A stretch of DNA of 64,000 nucleotides from the NCBI GenBank assembly GCA_041747555.1, contig JBGTEY010000013.1, positions 144,814 through 208,813 on the forward strand. Direction: 5' to 3'. Source of the DNA: Patescibacteria group bacterium. GTDB lineage: Bacteria > Patescibacteriota > Microgenomatia > UBA1400 > PJMF01. How positions within the stretch are numbered: position 1 is the first letter of the stretch; each line of letters opens with the position of its first letter. The notes beneath the pieces were generated by a model. The model ran no database searches. It saw nothing but the letters and a program-made list of their open reading frames with translations, and was not told where the DNA came from. Of the stretch, positions 21,440 to 30,398 are shown in pieces. The position numbers and the translations under genes were made by a program.

Positions 21440-21678
21440 TTACAACAGCGGCATGAATCGATAATCAATCGATCACAGAAGTAAATTTCTTCTCCGCTGA
21501 CTGAAGAACAGCTCGTGCCCTCAAAACATGAGCCCATTAGACCGGTCCGGGTATGCCCGTTACAGCAGGAATGAAGTGATTGCTCGTGCTCCCCGAGTCG
21601 CTCTGCAATCAGAAAGGTGGTACCGTTCACCACGAACCCTTTCGCGTACACAATGATGCACGTGGGAGGTTTTTTTTC
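21440..21678 (+). promoter_or_regulatory. T-box leader (tRNA-sensing riboswitch) controlling ileS
   Basis: AATCAGAAAGGTGGTACCG (21607-21625) matches T-box consensus; antiterminator helix A1 GAAAGG/CCTTTC, 7-nt bulge TGGTACC, helix A2 GTTC-ACCAC-GAAC; downstream hairpin + T8 (21670-21677); Stem I / specifier loop not confidently resolved. Confidence 0.55.
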
Positions 21679-21782
21679 GCCAAAATTTACCCCTCATAAA
21701 TGTTTCACGTGAAACATTTTTTCATTTCCAGACGTCATTTTGTTCTCATTTTGTAAAAAAGAAACATAGTATAAAAGGACCT

Positions 21783-24608
21783 ATGCCAAGCAAAAAAACC
21801 AATCCACTTCCAAAAAAACCTAATTTCCCCCAAATGGAAACAGAAGTTCAGTCATTTTGGAAAAAAACAAATGCCTTCGAAAAATCCGTCTCTGAACGGC
21901 CAGAAGATAAGCCGTATGTCTTCTATGATGGACCACCATTTGCTACAGGACTCCCACATTATGGGCATCTCTTGGGTTCAACCTCGAAGGACGTGATCCC
22001 ACGATACTGGACTATGAAAGGCTACCGCGTCGAGCGCGTCTGGGGTTGGGACTGTCACGGATTACCAATCGAAAACATGATCGAGCAACAACTTGAGATC
22101 AAGGGTGGTAAAAAAGGCATCGAAGCCCTCGGCATCGCTAAATTCAATGACGCCTGCCGAACAGAAGTCCTCAGACTCGACACCGAATGGGAAAAAATTA
22201 TTGATCGTCTGGGCAGGTGGGTTGATTTTCAGAATAATTACAAGACCATGGATACAAATTTCATGGAATCTGTGTGGTGGGGTTTTAAAACTTTGCACGA
22301 GAAAAAACTAGTTTATGAAGGACGAAAAGTAATTTTATATTGTTCGCGCTGCTCCACACCGCTTTCTAACTTTGAGATAGCCATGGACAATAGTTACAAA
22401 GAGGTCACTGAGCCTTCAACCTATTACAAATATGCCGTAGTTGGTCAAGAAAAAACTTACTTACTAGCATGGTCAACTACACCGTGGAACAAACTGGTAA
22501 CACCCGCGCTGGCCGTGCATCCCGATCTGACCTATGTCAAAGTCAAGCAGGGGTCAGAATACTACTACTTGGCAGAAGATACAGTTAAGATTCTTGGCGA
22601 TGAACCATATACTGTTGAAGAAACACTCAAGGGTGCAGAGCTCACTAAGTTCGAATTTGAACTTCACTTTGACTTTTATCCTGATCGCACCGAGTCCGAA
22701 CGTGTTGGCGTTATCATCGCTGATGAGTTCGTTACTGCAGAAGAAGGAACAGGCATCGTCACCCTGGCTGTGTACGGAGAAGACGACTATCGAGTCATGC
22801 AGCGCGAGGGGATTCAGCTAGTTGAACACGTAGATGATGAAGGAAAACTAAAGCCAGAAGTAACTCCTTGGGCGGGCATGTATATTCTCAAAGTCAATCC
22901 ACTTGTCGATGAAGATTTGGCAAAACGGGGGTTGATTTACAAGCATGTGGATCACACCCACACCGTCCCAACGTGTTACCGCTGCAGCACTCGTCTCTAT
23001 CATGCACCGGTACCAGCTTGGTTTGTCGATGTGCAGAATCTCAAACCAAAGCTGTTATCAGAAAATCAAAAAATGAATTGGTATCCTGAGCATCTCAAGA
23101 ATGGACGGTTCAAACACGGGTTAGAAAACGCTCCAGACTGGAATATTTCTCGATCAAGATACTGGGGAACCCCCATGCCAGTTTGGCGACATACAGAGAC
23201 TGGGACTGATCGCGTGATCGGTTCAATAGCAGAACTCAAAGAATGGGCAGTGAATCCTGAGGAAGTAATAGATCTGACCGACATTCATCGCGAGTACGTG
23301 GATGGCATTGCGGTTTGGGTTGATGATGCCAAAACGCTCAAGGGCACACGCATCCCAGAGGTGTTTGACTGCTGGGTAGAGTCTGGCTCTATGCCGTTTG
23401 CCGCACTCCATTATCCATTTGAGAACAAGGATACCTTTGAAAGATCGTATCCTGCTCAGTTTGTGAGTGAGTACATTGCACAGACGAGGGCGTGGTTTTA
23501 CACGATGCATGTCATGTCTGTAGCTCTTTTTGACAAACATGCGGTTGAAAATACACTAACTACCGGCACAATTTTGGCTAAAGACGGTAATAAGATGAGT
23601 AAGTCCAAGAAAAACTATCCAGATCCCATGGAAGTAATTAATCAATACGGCGCTGATAGTTTGCGATTGTATTTGATGAGCTCAACGGTGATGAAAGCCG
23701 AGAATCTAAATTTTAATGAGCAAGAAGTTGCTGATATTCGCAAACGCGTGTTTATGATTTGGCATAATTTGGTGGCGTTTTACAAAATGTATGCACCAGA
23801 ATTTGAGCTGGATTTGTCAGCACAGAATGATCCAAGTCACGTCATGGACAAGTGGGTGATGAGTCGTTTGCAGACCGTCACCAAAACTGTAACAGAGCAT
23901 ATGGACAATTATGATGTAGTCCGTGCGAGCAGGGTACTTATGGAATTGGTGCCTGAAATTTCAACGTGGTACTTGCGGTTGAGTAGGGAACGATTGCGAG
24001 AAGCTACTGAAGGTGATGATACTGAACCATGGCAAGTTTTTGGGACGGTTTTGGTTCAAACCGCACAGCTTTTTGCCCCATTTGCACCATTTTTTAGTGA
24101 GTGGGTGCAACACCAACTCGTTGATAATTCCTCAAGTATTCACCATAGTGATTGGCCAAAAGTACAGTCCACGCTTCACCTTCCTGAACTCGAAGAAAGC
24201 ATGGAAGTGGTACGAAAAGTTGTAGAAAAAACGCATGCTGCGCGAACTGAAGCACAACTCAAACTCCGCCAACCCCTCCAAACACTAACAGTCTCAGCTC
24301 CAGGTGAAGCACCAAAAGAAAACCTCATCGAAGTGCTCAAGCAAGAAGTAAATGTAAAATCGGTAACGTGGAATACTGCTGACGAGCTCGATGTGTCTCT
24401 CGACACGGTACTTACTCCAGAACTTAAGGAAGAAGGCGAAGCCCGCGAATTAATACGATCCATCCAGCGATTGCGAAAAAATGCTGGATTACAAATGGGT
24501 GAAGCTGCAACAGTTACTGCTCCTTCATGGCCTGCAAGCTGGACGCAAGACATAGAGAGTAAAACTGATACAACGCTCACCAAAGGTGATACACTAGCGA
24601 TAGAGTAG
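21783..24608 (+). CDS. ileS: isoleucine--tRNA ligase
   Basis: PPFATGLPHYGHLL (HIGH) and KMSKSKKN (KMSKS) motifs; SD AAGGA upstream. Confidence 0.95.
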   Translation: MPSKKTNPLPKKPNFPQMETEVQSFWKKTNAFEKSVSERPEDKPYVFYDGPPFATGLPHYGHLLGSTSKDVIPRYWTMKGYRVERVWGWDCHGLPIENMIEQQLEIKGGKKGIEALGIAKFNDACRTEVLRLDTEWEKIIDRLGRWVDFQNNYKTMDTNFMESVWWGFKTLHEKKLVYEGRKVILYCSRCSTPLSNFEIAMDNSYKEVTEPSTYYKYAVVGQEKTYLLAWSTTPWNKLVTPALAVHPDLTYVKVKQGSEYYYLAEDTVKILGDEPYTVEETLKGAELTKFEFELHFDFYPDRTESERVGVIIADEFVTAEEGTGIVTLAVYGEDDYRVMQREGIQLVEHVDDEGKLKPEVTPWAGMYILKVNPLVDEDLAKRGLIYKHVDHTHTVPTCYRCSTRLYHAPVPAWFVDVQNLKPKLLSENQKMNWYPEHLKNGRFKHGLENAPDWNISRSRYWGTPMPVWRHTETGTDRVIGSIAELKEWAVNPEEVIDLTDIHREYVDGIAVWVDDAKTLKGTRIPEVFDCWVESGSMPFAALHYPFENKDTFERSYPAQFVSEYIAQTRAWFYTMHVMSVALFDKHAVENTLTTGTILAKDGNKMSKSKKNYPDPMEVINQYGADSLRLYLMSSTVMKAENLNFNEQEVADIRKRVFMIWHNLVAFYKMYAPEFELDLSAQNDPSHVMDKWVMSRLQTVTKTVTEHMDNYDVVRASRVLMELVPEISTWYLRLSRERLREATEGDDTEPWQVFGTVLVQTAQLFAPFAPFFSEWVQHQLVDNSSSIHHSDWPKVQSTLHLPELEESMEVVRKVVEKTHAARTEAQLKLRQPLQTLTVSAPGEAPKENLIEVLKQEVNVKSVTWNTADELDVSLDTVLTPELKEEGEARELIRSIQRLRKNAGLQMGEAATVTAPSWPASWTQDIESKTDTTLTKGDTLAIE

Positions 24609-24647
24609 CGTACTTGCAGTAGTATTTTCCTCGAGTGAAAATCACGA

Positions 24648-25733
24648 GTGGGCAAAGGTGTATCTAACGTGAAGCAATGGATTATTCCGTCATTATTGAG
24701 TATTTTTGCAGCTCTGAGCGTGGTAACGCTCCAGAGCATTGCGCCAGATTTTGCTGCCCGGCAGATGATTTTCTTTTTAGTCGCCGGCGTTATTTTCTGG
24801 TTGATGAACCGATTTTCATATCGTAGATTCGAGGAAATGAGCACCCTCGGCTATATTACTGTCGTAGGGTCACTTATTTTGGTGCTCCTTGTTGCGAGTG
24901 TAACCAGAAACACGAGTCGGTGGATACAGGTTGGTGGTTTTTTTGCTATACAACCATCACAGTTTGCAATTCCACTGGTAGGATTAGCAGTTGCTCAGTT
25001 TTTATCAAAACACTCTCTAAGATCGATTAAAAGAATTGCTCAACTCCTTGTGATCATTGCTGTACCAGCTGTACTTATCATGATTGCGCCAGATTTGGGG
25101 ACCACAATTTTATTTGTAGCGAGCGTAGGATCACTGATACTGATGAGTGACATTCCAAAAAAGTATGTCCTTGGACTCGCGATAGGAGCAGGAATAACCG
25201 CACTTTTGGCATGGTTTCTGTTGCTCCAGCCATATCAAAAACAACGTATTACCAGCTTTATTAGCCCAGAGCAGAGCAGCGATGGCAATTACCATGTGGA
25301 ACAAGCACTTATTGCTGTGGGATCTGGAGAGTTAACCGGCAGGGGACTGGGACAAGGCGTGCAGTCATACTTACGCTTTTTACCAGAGCGACAAACCGAC
25401 TTTATTTTTGCATCAATAGCAGAAGAATATGGATTTATTGGGGGGATAGTTGTTTTAAGCTTGTACGCACTCTTGATCGGATTCATCATCTACACAGGCT
25501 CAACTACCTCGAGAGCTTCTGCACAATTTTACTGTTATGGTGTGGCTATCGCACTGTTGCTACAAATGGGGGTCAATATTGGGATGAATATGGGTTTGGT
25601 GCCTGTCACCGGGATTACCTTACCATTTTTATCATACGGTGGAAGTTCAATCCTTTCCTTGACTATCGCCCTAGCAATTGTCCAAAGTATTGTCAGACTC
25701 CAAAAGCCACAAGCCAAACTCCATTTATCATGA
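24648..25733 (+). CDS. rodA: SEDS-family protein RodA/FtsW paralogue
   Basis: GTG start; GRGLGQGVQSYLRFLPERQTDFIFASIAEEYGFIGG conserved SEDS loop. Confidence 0.75.
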   Translation: MGKGVSNVKQWIIPSLLSIFAALSVVTLQSIAPDFAARQMIFFLVAGVIFWLMNRFSYRRFEEMSTLGYITVVGSLILVLLVASVTRNTSRWIQVGGFFAIQPSQFAIPLVGLAVAQFLSKHSLRSIKRIAQLLVIIAVPAVLIMIAPDLGTTILFVASVGSLILMSDIPKKYVLGLAIGAGITALLAWFLLLQPYQKQRITSFISPEQSSDGNYHVEQALIAVGSGELTGRGLGQGVQSYLRFLPERQTDFIFASIAEEYGFIGGIVVLSLYALLIGFIIYTGSTTSRASAQFYCYGVAIALLLQMGVNIGMNMGLVPVTGITLPFLSYGGSSILSLTIALAIVQSIVRLQKPQAKLHLS

Positions 25734-25772
25734 GGTTTATGATACAATAGCGGTTCGAAAGTGAAAGGAAAT

Positions 25773-26087
25773 ATGGATTACGCAATTATTCAATTAGCAG
25801 GCAAACAATTTAAGGTCGCAGAAGGCGATGTAATTACTGTGGACCGACTCGACTCAGCACCAGAGGAAAAAGTTGAAATAACTGATGTACTTTTGGTCGG
25901 AAACGGTGATAAAAGCACTATTGGCAGCCCACTTGTCAAAAATGCAAAAGTCACACTCAAAGTTCGAGACAATGTTAGATCAAAAAAACTTCTTGTTTCA
26001 AAATTTAAATCAAAATCTCGCTATCGAAAAGCATACGGACATCGACAGCACCAGACAATCTTAGAAGTCGTTTCAATTTCTGCTTAA
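25773..26087 (+). CDS. rplU: 50S ribosomal protein L21
   Basis: MDYAIIQLAGKQFKVAEGDVITVDRL; SD AAAGGAAA upstream of ATG 25773. Confidence 0.9.
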   Translation: MDYAIIQLAGKQFKVAEGDVITVDRLDSAPEEKVEITDVLLVGNGDKSTIGSPLVKNAKVTLKVRDNVRSKKLLVSKFKSKSRYRKAYGHRQHQTILEVVSISA

Positions 26088-26104
26088 GCTGTTCGAGGAT
26101 TACC

Positions 26105-27256
26105 ATGAAAACAACTGCTCATCGTTATTTTTTTGTATTGGGAAATCATCCCGATCTCTCTTTTGCTGAAATCGAGCGCATGCTCCCCAAACATGAATGC
26201 ACCAAAGAACGGCATGTAGCTCAAGTCTTAGGAGAGGAAATTGACGCCCAAGCACTCCAATCTATTTTAGGTGGGACGGTCAAAATTCTTGAGGCAACAA
26301 TTCAGTGCGAAGATGTCGATGATGACACCCTCCATGGACATCTCTTTGATGAACTGCTCAAGGTAGAAGGTAAAATCATTTTTGGCCTGGCCGAACATGG
26401 CCGTGATCATCTCCCAACCCTCGACGCTATGACTGTCAAAAAAGCACTCCGCAAAGAAGGCAAGAGTGTGCGATTCATAGATGGACCCCGCTACGGACTA
26501 TCTGCTGCCATTCTCAGCAACGAGGATGATGTTGTTGAGGTAGGTGTTGTTCAAACATCTGAGGGCACATGGATCACAAAAACTATTTCGATCCAAGATA
26601 TCAATGACTGGACTATCCGCGACCGAGAAAAGCCCTACGCCGATAGTAAAAAGGGCATGTTGCCACCAAAACTTGCGAGAATGATGGTTAACATGGCACT
26701 CGGACCAAATCCTGATCAAAATAGCTTATTGCTTGACCCATTCTGTGGATCTGGAACAATCCTCATGGACGCTGCAACACGAGGTGTTGACGCAATTGGT
26801 AGCGATCTAGACCTCGATGCAGTCATTGGATCTAAAAAGAATTTACAGTGGTTTCAAGACAATTTCCCATTTGAGACCCAAGTTGAAATTAACAAACAAG
26901 ATGCTGCGCACCTCAAACTCAACACCGATCGACTCATTACTCATCTGGTAACAGAGCCATTTTTGGGCAAACCAAAACCATCAGCCAGCTCATTGCCAAA
27001 CGTGTTCAAGGGTCTCTCAAAGCTCTATCTGGGAGCGTTCAAACACTGGACAACCATTCTAGAGTCGGGTGCCAAAGTTGTAATTGTCTTTCCCAGAGTT
27101 AGAGAATCTACAGATCATCGCGCTTACTCTCTCGAGAAAATCGTTGACAAGCTGCGCGATCTCGGGTACACTATGGAATCTGATCCACTCAATTATGCGC
27201 GTCCCGACGCAATTGTTGAAAGATCAATTTATCAGTTTACGTACGAATCAGCATAA
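26105..27256 (+). CDS. putative THUMP-like RNA (guanine-N2) methyltransferase
   Basis: SAM-MTase motif I LLDPFCGSGTILMDAA (Trm11/RlmL/RsmD-like); sits between rplU and rpmA where Firmicutes carry the Prp protease. Confidence 0.5.
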   Translation: MKTTAHRYFFVLGNHPDLSFAEIERMLPKHECTKERHVAQVLGEEIDAQALQSILGGTVKILEATIQCEDVDDDTLHGHLFDELLKVEGKIIFGLAEHGRDHLPTLDAMTVKKALRKEGKSVRFIDGPRYGLSAAILSNEDDVVEVGVVQTSEGTWITKTISIQDINDWTIRDREKPYADSKKGMLPPKLARMMVNMALGPNPDQNSLLLDPFCGSGTILMDAATRGVDAIGSDLDLDAVIGSKKNLQWFQDNFPFETQVEINKQDAAHLKLNTDRLITHLVTEPFLGKPKPSASSLPNVFKGLSKLYLGAFKHWTTILESGAKVVIVFPRVRESTDHRAYSLEKIVDKLRDLGYTMESDPLNYARPDAIVERSIYQFTYESA

Positions 27257-27265
27257 TAAGTACCT

Positions 27266-27523
27266 ATGTCAAAAGTTAAAGCCTCTGGAAAAGTCGCGCA
27301 ACAATCACAAAAGAAACGACACGGAAAACGCCTCGGCGTCAAGAAGTTCGGTGGTGAGAAGGTAATTCCAGGAAACATTATCCTTCGTCAACGTGGCGCC
27401 CGTTATAAGGCAGGAGACGGTGTTGGCATGGGCAAAGATCACACTATTTTTGCCATGATTCAAGGCGTTGTTGCCTTTGGCAAGCGATTTGGTCGAACAG
27501 TGGTCAACGTTCGAGAAGCATAA
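27266..27523 (+). CDS. rpmA: 50S ribosomal protein L27 (no N-terminal Prp-cleaved extension)
   Basis: [43 protein letters not shown]. Confidence 0.9.
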   Translation: MSKVKASGKVAQQSQKKRHGKRLGVKKFGGEKVIPGNIILRQRGARYKAGDGVGMGKDHTIFAMIQGVVAFGKRFGRTVVNVREA

Positions 27524-27599
27524 TTTTTTTCAGCTCATCAACCGCTCAAATTCACACATAATTCATAATTTTTGTCTCTTCTTGCGTATCGCATTGTGA

Positions 27600-27605
27600 T
27601 ATACT
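27600..27605 (+). promoter_or_regulatory. extended -10 (TGaTATACT) 7 nt upstream of parB ATG; leaderless promoter
   Basis: tgTGaTATACTttgacgtATG. Confidence 0.4.
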
Positions 27606-27612
27606 TTGACGT

Positions 27613-28443
27613 ATGTCTGGTGACTCAATTCAACTCCTCGCTATCAACGTTTTGCAACCAAATCCATTTCAGCCAAGAAATAAAATCATGCCTGATGAGC
27701 TGGCAGATTTGACGAAATCTATTCTACGGCATGGGATTTTAGAACCATTAATCGTCGCTCAAACACCGGCAGGGTACCAGATAATTGCAGGGGAACGTCG
27801 ATGGAGAGCATCACAGCAAGCGGGCCTCGAAGAAGTCCCCGTCATCCTCAAAAAAACCACCACCAAGGGCATGCTCGAAATGGCCCTGATCGAAAACGTC
27901 CAACGCGTCAACCTCAGCCCCATTGAACGCGCACAGGCATTTCAACAACTTGAGCGAGACTTTGGCTATTCAATTAGCGAAGTTGCAGACAGCATTGGCA
28001 AATCTACCTCATATATCAGTAATTCGCTCAAGCTTCTCACCCTCCCAGACGCGATAAAAGACGGTCTTCTCGGCAAACTCATCACCGAAGGGCATGCCAA
28101 AGCCATGATGGGTATCGAGGACACGAGCACCATGATCGATGTCTATAAAAAAGTCCTCAAAGAAAATGCGTCAGTTCGAAAAACAGAACAATTTGTGCGG
28201 GACGCAAAAAATGCAATTCATCAGATAAAATATCACTCAGTTACCCCAAGAACAGCCAAAAAAGACTCTACAGAAGTCAAAAAATGGGAAGAAAGTCTCA
28301 AAAAAATAATCGGCGATCAATCTAAAATCAAACTTCGCCGCACCCTTCGACAAACAACTATTACCATCACCCTTCGCGGCAATCTCAATGAAACACAGGA
28401 TGCCCTTGAAAAAATAATGTCACTCTCACCTGAAGACAAGTAA
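27613..28443 (+). CDS. parB: ParB/Spo0J chromosome partitioning protein
   Basis: ParB box IIAGERRWRAS, HTH, C-terminal dimerisation region. Confidence 0.8.
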   Translation: MSGDSIQLLAINVLQPNPFQPRNKIMPDELADLTKSILRHGILEPLIVAQTPAGYQIIAGERRWRASQQAGLEEVPVILKKTTTKGMLEMALIENVQRVNLSPIERAQAFQQLERDFGYSISEVADSIGKSTSYISNSLKLLTLPDAIKDGLLGKLITEGHAKAMMGIEDTSTMIDVYKKVLKENASVRKTEQFVRDAKNAIHQIKYHSVTPRTAKKDSTEVKKWEESLKKIIGDQSKIKLRRTLRQTTITITLRGNLNETQDALEKIMSLSPEDK

Positions 28444-28498
28444 TTTTGGCGAGCAACCACGCTGCTAAGCGCTCGAGCACAATGCGAATCAACGAATG

Positions 28499-29089
28499 CT
28501 ACAATGCGTAGGGAACTTCAGGGATCGACCCAGCTTGATCAAACGGCCAGTATCTAAAAAACGCTTTTCCAACAATATCCTGTGAGGTTATTGCGCCCCA
28601 GGCACGAGAGTCACTAGAGTAGGGACGATTATCCCCAGCTACAAAGTATTCACCGGGTCCAAGTGTAATAATAGTATTTTTAGTGGCAGCACCAGGTAAT
28701 GTTTCGAACGATGATGGAATGTAAGGTTCTGGAAGTGGTTGACCATTCACAATTATTTGATTATTGGATACCGCAACCGTTTCACCAGGTAGAGCTAATA
28801 CGCGCTTGATAAAATCACAGCCCGTTCCTTCGGGACATCCTGCAGCAGGAGGTGCATGAAACACCACCACATCACCCCGCTCTGGCTCACCAATTCTGTA
28901 GCTAATTTTATCAGTTAAAAGATAATCACCACTCTGAAAGTTCGGAACCATCGACTGCCCGTTAACCTGATGCGGCATGAGCAAAAAGAGGTAGACCACC
29001 AAAAACATTGATAGTCCAATCACAATCGTTTCAATAAAATCAAGAAAGAGGCTACTAATTGTTCTTAGGATCTTCATCATACGGTGCAA
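28499..29089 (-). CDS. lepB: signal peptidase I
   Basis: TM anchor, GQSMVPNF (catalytic Ser box), GDNRPYSSDSRAWG box E. Confidence 0.85.
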   Translation of the reverse strand: MHRMMKILRTISSLFLDFIETIVIGLSMFLVVYLFLLMPHQVNGQSMVPNFQSGDYLLTDKISYRIGEPERGDVVVFHAPPAAGCPEGTGCDFIKRVLALPGETVAVSNNQIIVNGQPLPEPYIPSSFETLPGAATKNTIITLGPGEYFVAGDNRPYSSDSRAWGAITSQDIVGKAFFRYWPFDQAGSIPEVPYAL

Positions 29090-29149
29090 TTATCGTAGTT
29101 TCGACGTCACTTGACAACCACTAGTTCGACAAAAAAGTTGCATCTCGAC

Positions 29150-29155
29150 TATAAT
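29150..29155 (+). promoter_or_regulatory. TATAAT -10 element overlapping first in-frame ATG of flippase gene; predicts leaderless start at ATG 29163
   Basis: ctcgacTATAATgctagacATG, 7-nt gap to second ATG. Confidence 0.35.
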
Positions 29156-30398
29156 GCTAGACATGGGTTATCAAAAACATGCCATCTCGGGCTTTAGCTG
29201 GAACGCAGTACTAAAAATTGCAACCTCACTCCTCACCGTCGCTAAAGTTGCGATCACCGCACGTCTCCTGACACCGACTGACTTTGGTATTTTTTCATTG
29301 ATTGCAATCGCACTTGGATTGACTGAGTCTACTACCCAAACAGGTATTAATCTAACTATTTTGCAGTCGAAGCAGAGTATTCGCTACTTTCTCGACACTG
29401 CCTGGGTGATTGCTATCGGGCGAGGGTTCCTCATTGGTATTTTAATGGTGCTTCTCGGCGTAGTCTTGGGTGAATACTACTCCGAACCATCATTGCCCGT
29501 TTTGACTGCAATTGCCGCATTGGTGCCAGTAATCAAAGGCTTCATAAACCCGAGCATCGTCACACTACATAAGGAACTTAAGTTTTTTCAGGATGGTGTC
29601 TATCGGTTTTCCCTTGCTGCCGCTGAGGCTGTATTAGCGGTTATTTTGTCATTCTTCATCGCGTCACCACTCGCGCTTGTTTTGGCGTTGGTGTTTGGTG
29701 CGTTGTTTGAAGTTTTGATATCATTTCTATTCTTTGAAGAGCGTCCTGTTTTTAATTATATTCCGTCCCGCGCCAAGGCAATTTTTGCCAATGCTAAGGG
29801 GCTCAGTATTTCCTCTGCTCTAAACTATGTATATGAAAATATCGATGATTTTATCATCGGTAAAATACTTGGGACACACTCCCTTGGCCTGTATCATAAT
29901 TCATACGCGCTAACACATAAGGCAACCGCTGACGTTTCAAAAATTACTCACCACGCTACGATTCCAATACTTTCACAAATTCAAGATGATGGAACACGAC
30001 TATACAATGCCTTTATCAAGTCTGGATTGGCAACCTTAGCTGTTGCCACTGTCGCTTCACTGCCATTTTTTCTTTTTCCAGAATTTATCGTTCAATTAAT
30101 TTTGGGAGAGCAGTGGCTTGGAATTGTGCCCCTCGTGCCTTGGTTGGCAGGTGCCGGTCTATTGCAAGCGGTTGGTATTCTAGGACACACCGTATTGCTC
30201 GCCACACGTCACTACACCTATCTCAATACCCACTTGGCAATGTCTCTAGGACTCTTAATTACACTGCTGATATTCATGACACAACAGAATGGAATTGATG
30301 GCGTCGGACCAGCTCTTGTGATCAGTCGTTTGCTGTCAATTCCAATCCTACTTATTCTTATCTGGAAAACGTTCAGCAAATATCGTGCACGCAACTAA
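29154..30398 (+). CDS. Wzx-like polysaccharide/oligosaccharide flippase (MOP superfamily)
   Basis: 12-14 TM profile; N-terminus LKIATSLLTVAKVAITARLLTPTDFGIFSLIAI typical of polysaccharide biosynthesis protein family; true start probably ATG 29163. Confidence 0.7.
   Translation: MLDMGYQKHAISGFSWNAVLKIATSLLTVAKVAITARLLTPTDFGIFSLIAIALGLTESTTQTGINLTILQSKQSIRYFLDTAWVIAIGRGFLIGILMVLLGVVLGEYYSEPSLPVLTAIAALVPVIKGFINPSIVTLHKELKFFQDGVYRFSLAAAEAVLAVILSFFIASPLALVLALVFGALFEVLISFLFFEERPVFNYIPSRAKAIFANAKGLSISSALNYVYENIDDFIIGKILGTHSLGLYHNSYALTHKATADVSKITHHATIPILSQIQDDGTRLYNAFIKSGLATLAVATVASLPFFLFPEFIVQLILGEQWLGIVPLVPWLAGAGLLQAVGILGHTVLLATRHYTYLNTHLAMSLGLLITLLIFMTQQNGIDGVGPALVISRLLSIPILLILIWKTFSKYRARN

Noticed and set aside
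24176-24844. 222-aa minus-strand ORF spanning the ileS 3' end and rodA start
   Set aside because: Overlaps two well-supported plus-strand genes. Ser-rich low-complexity translation.
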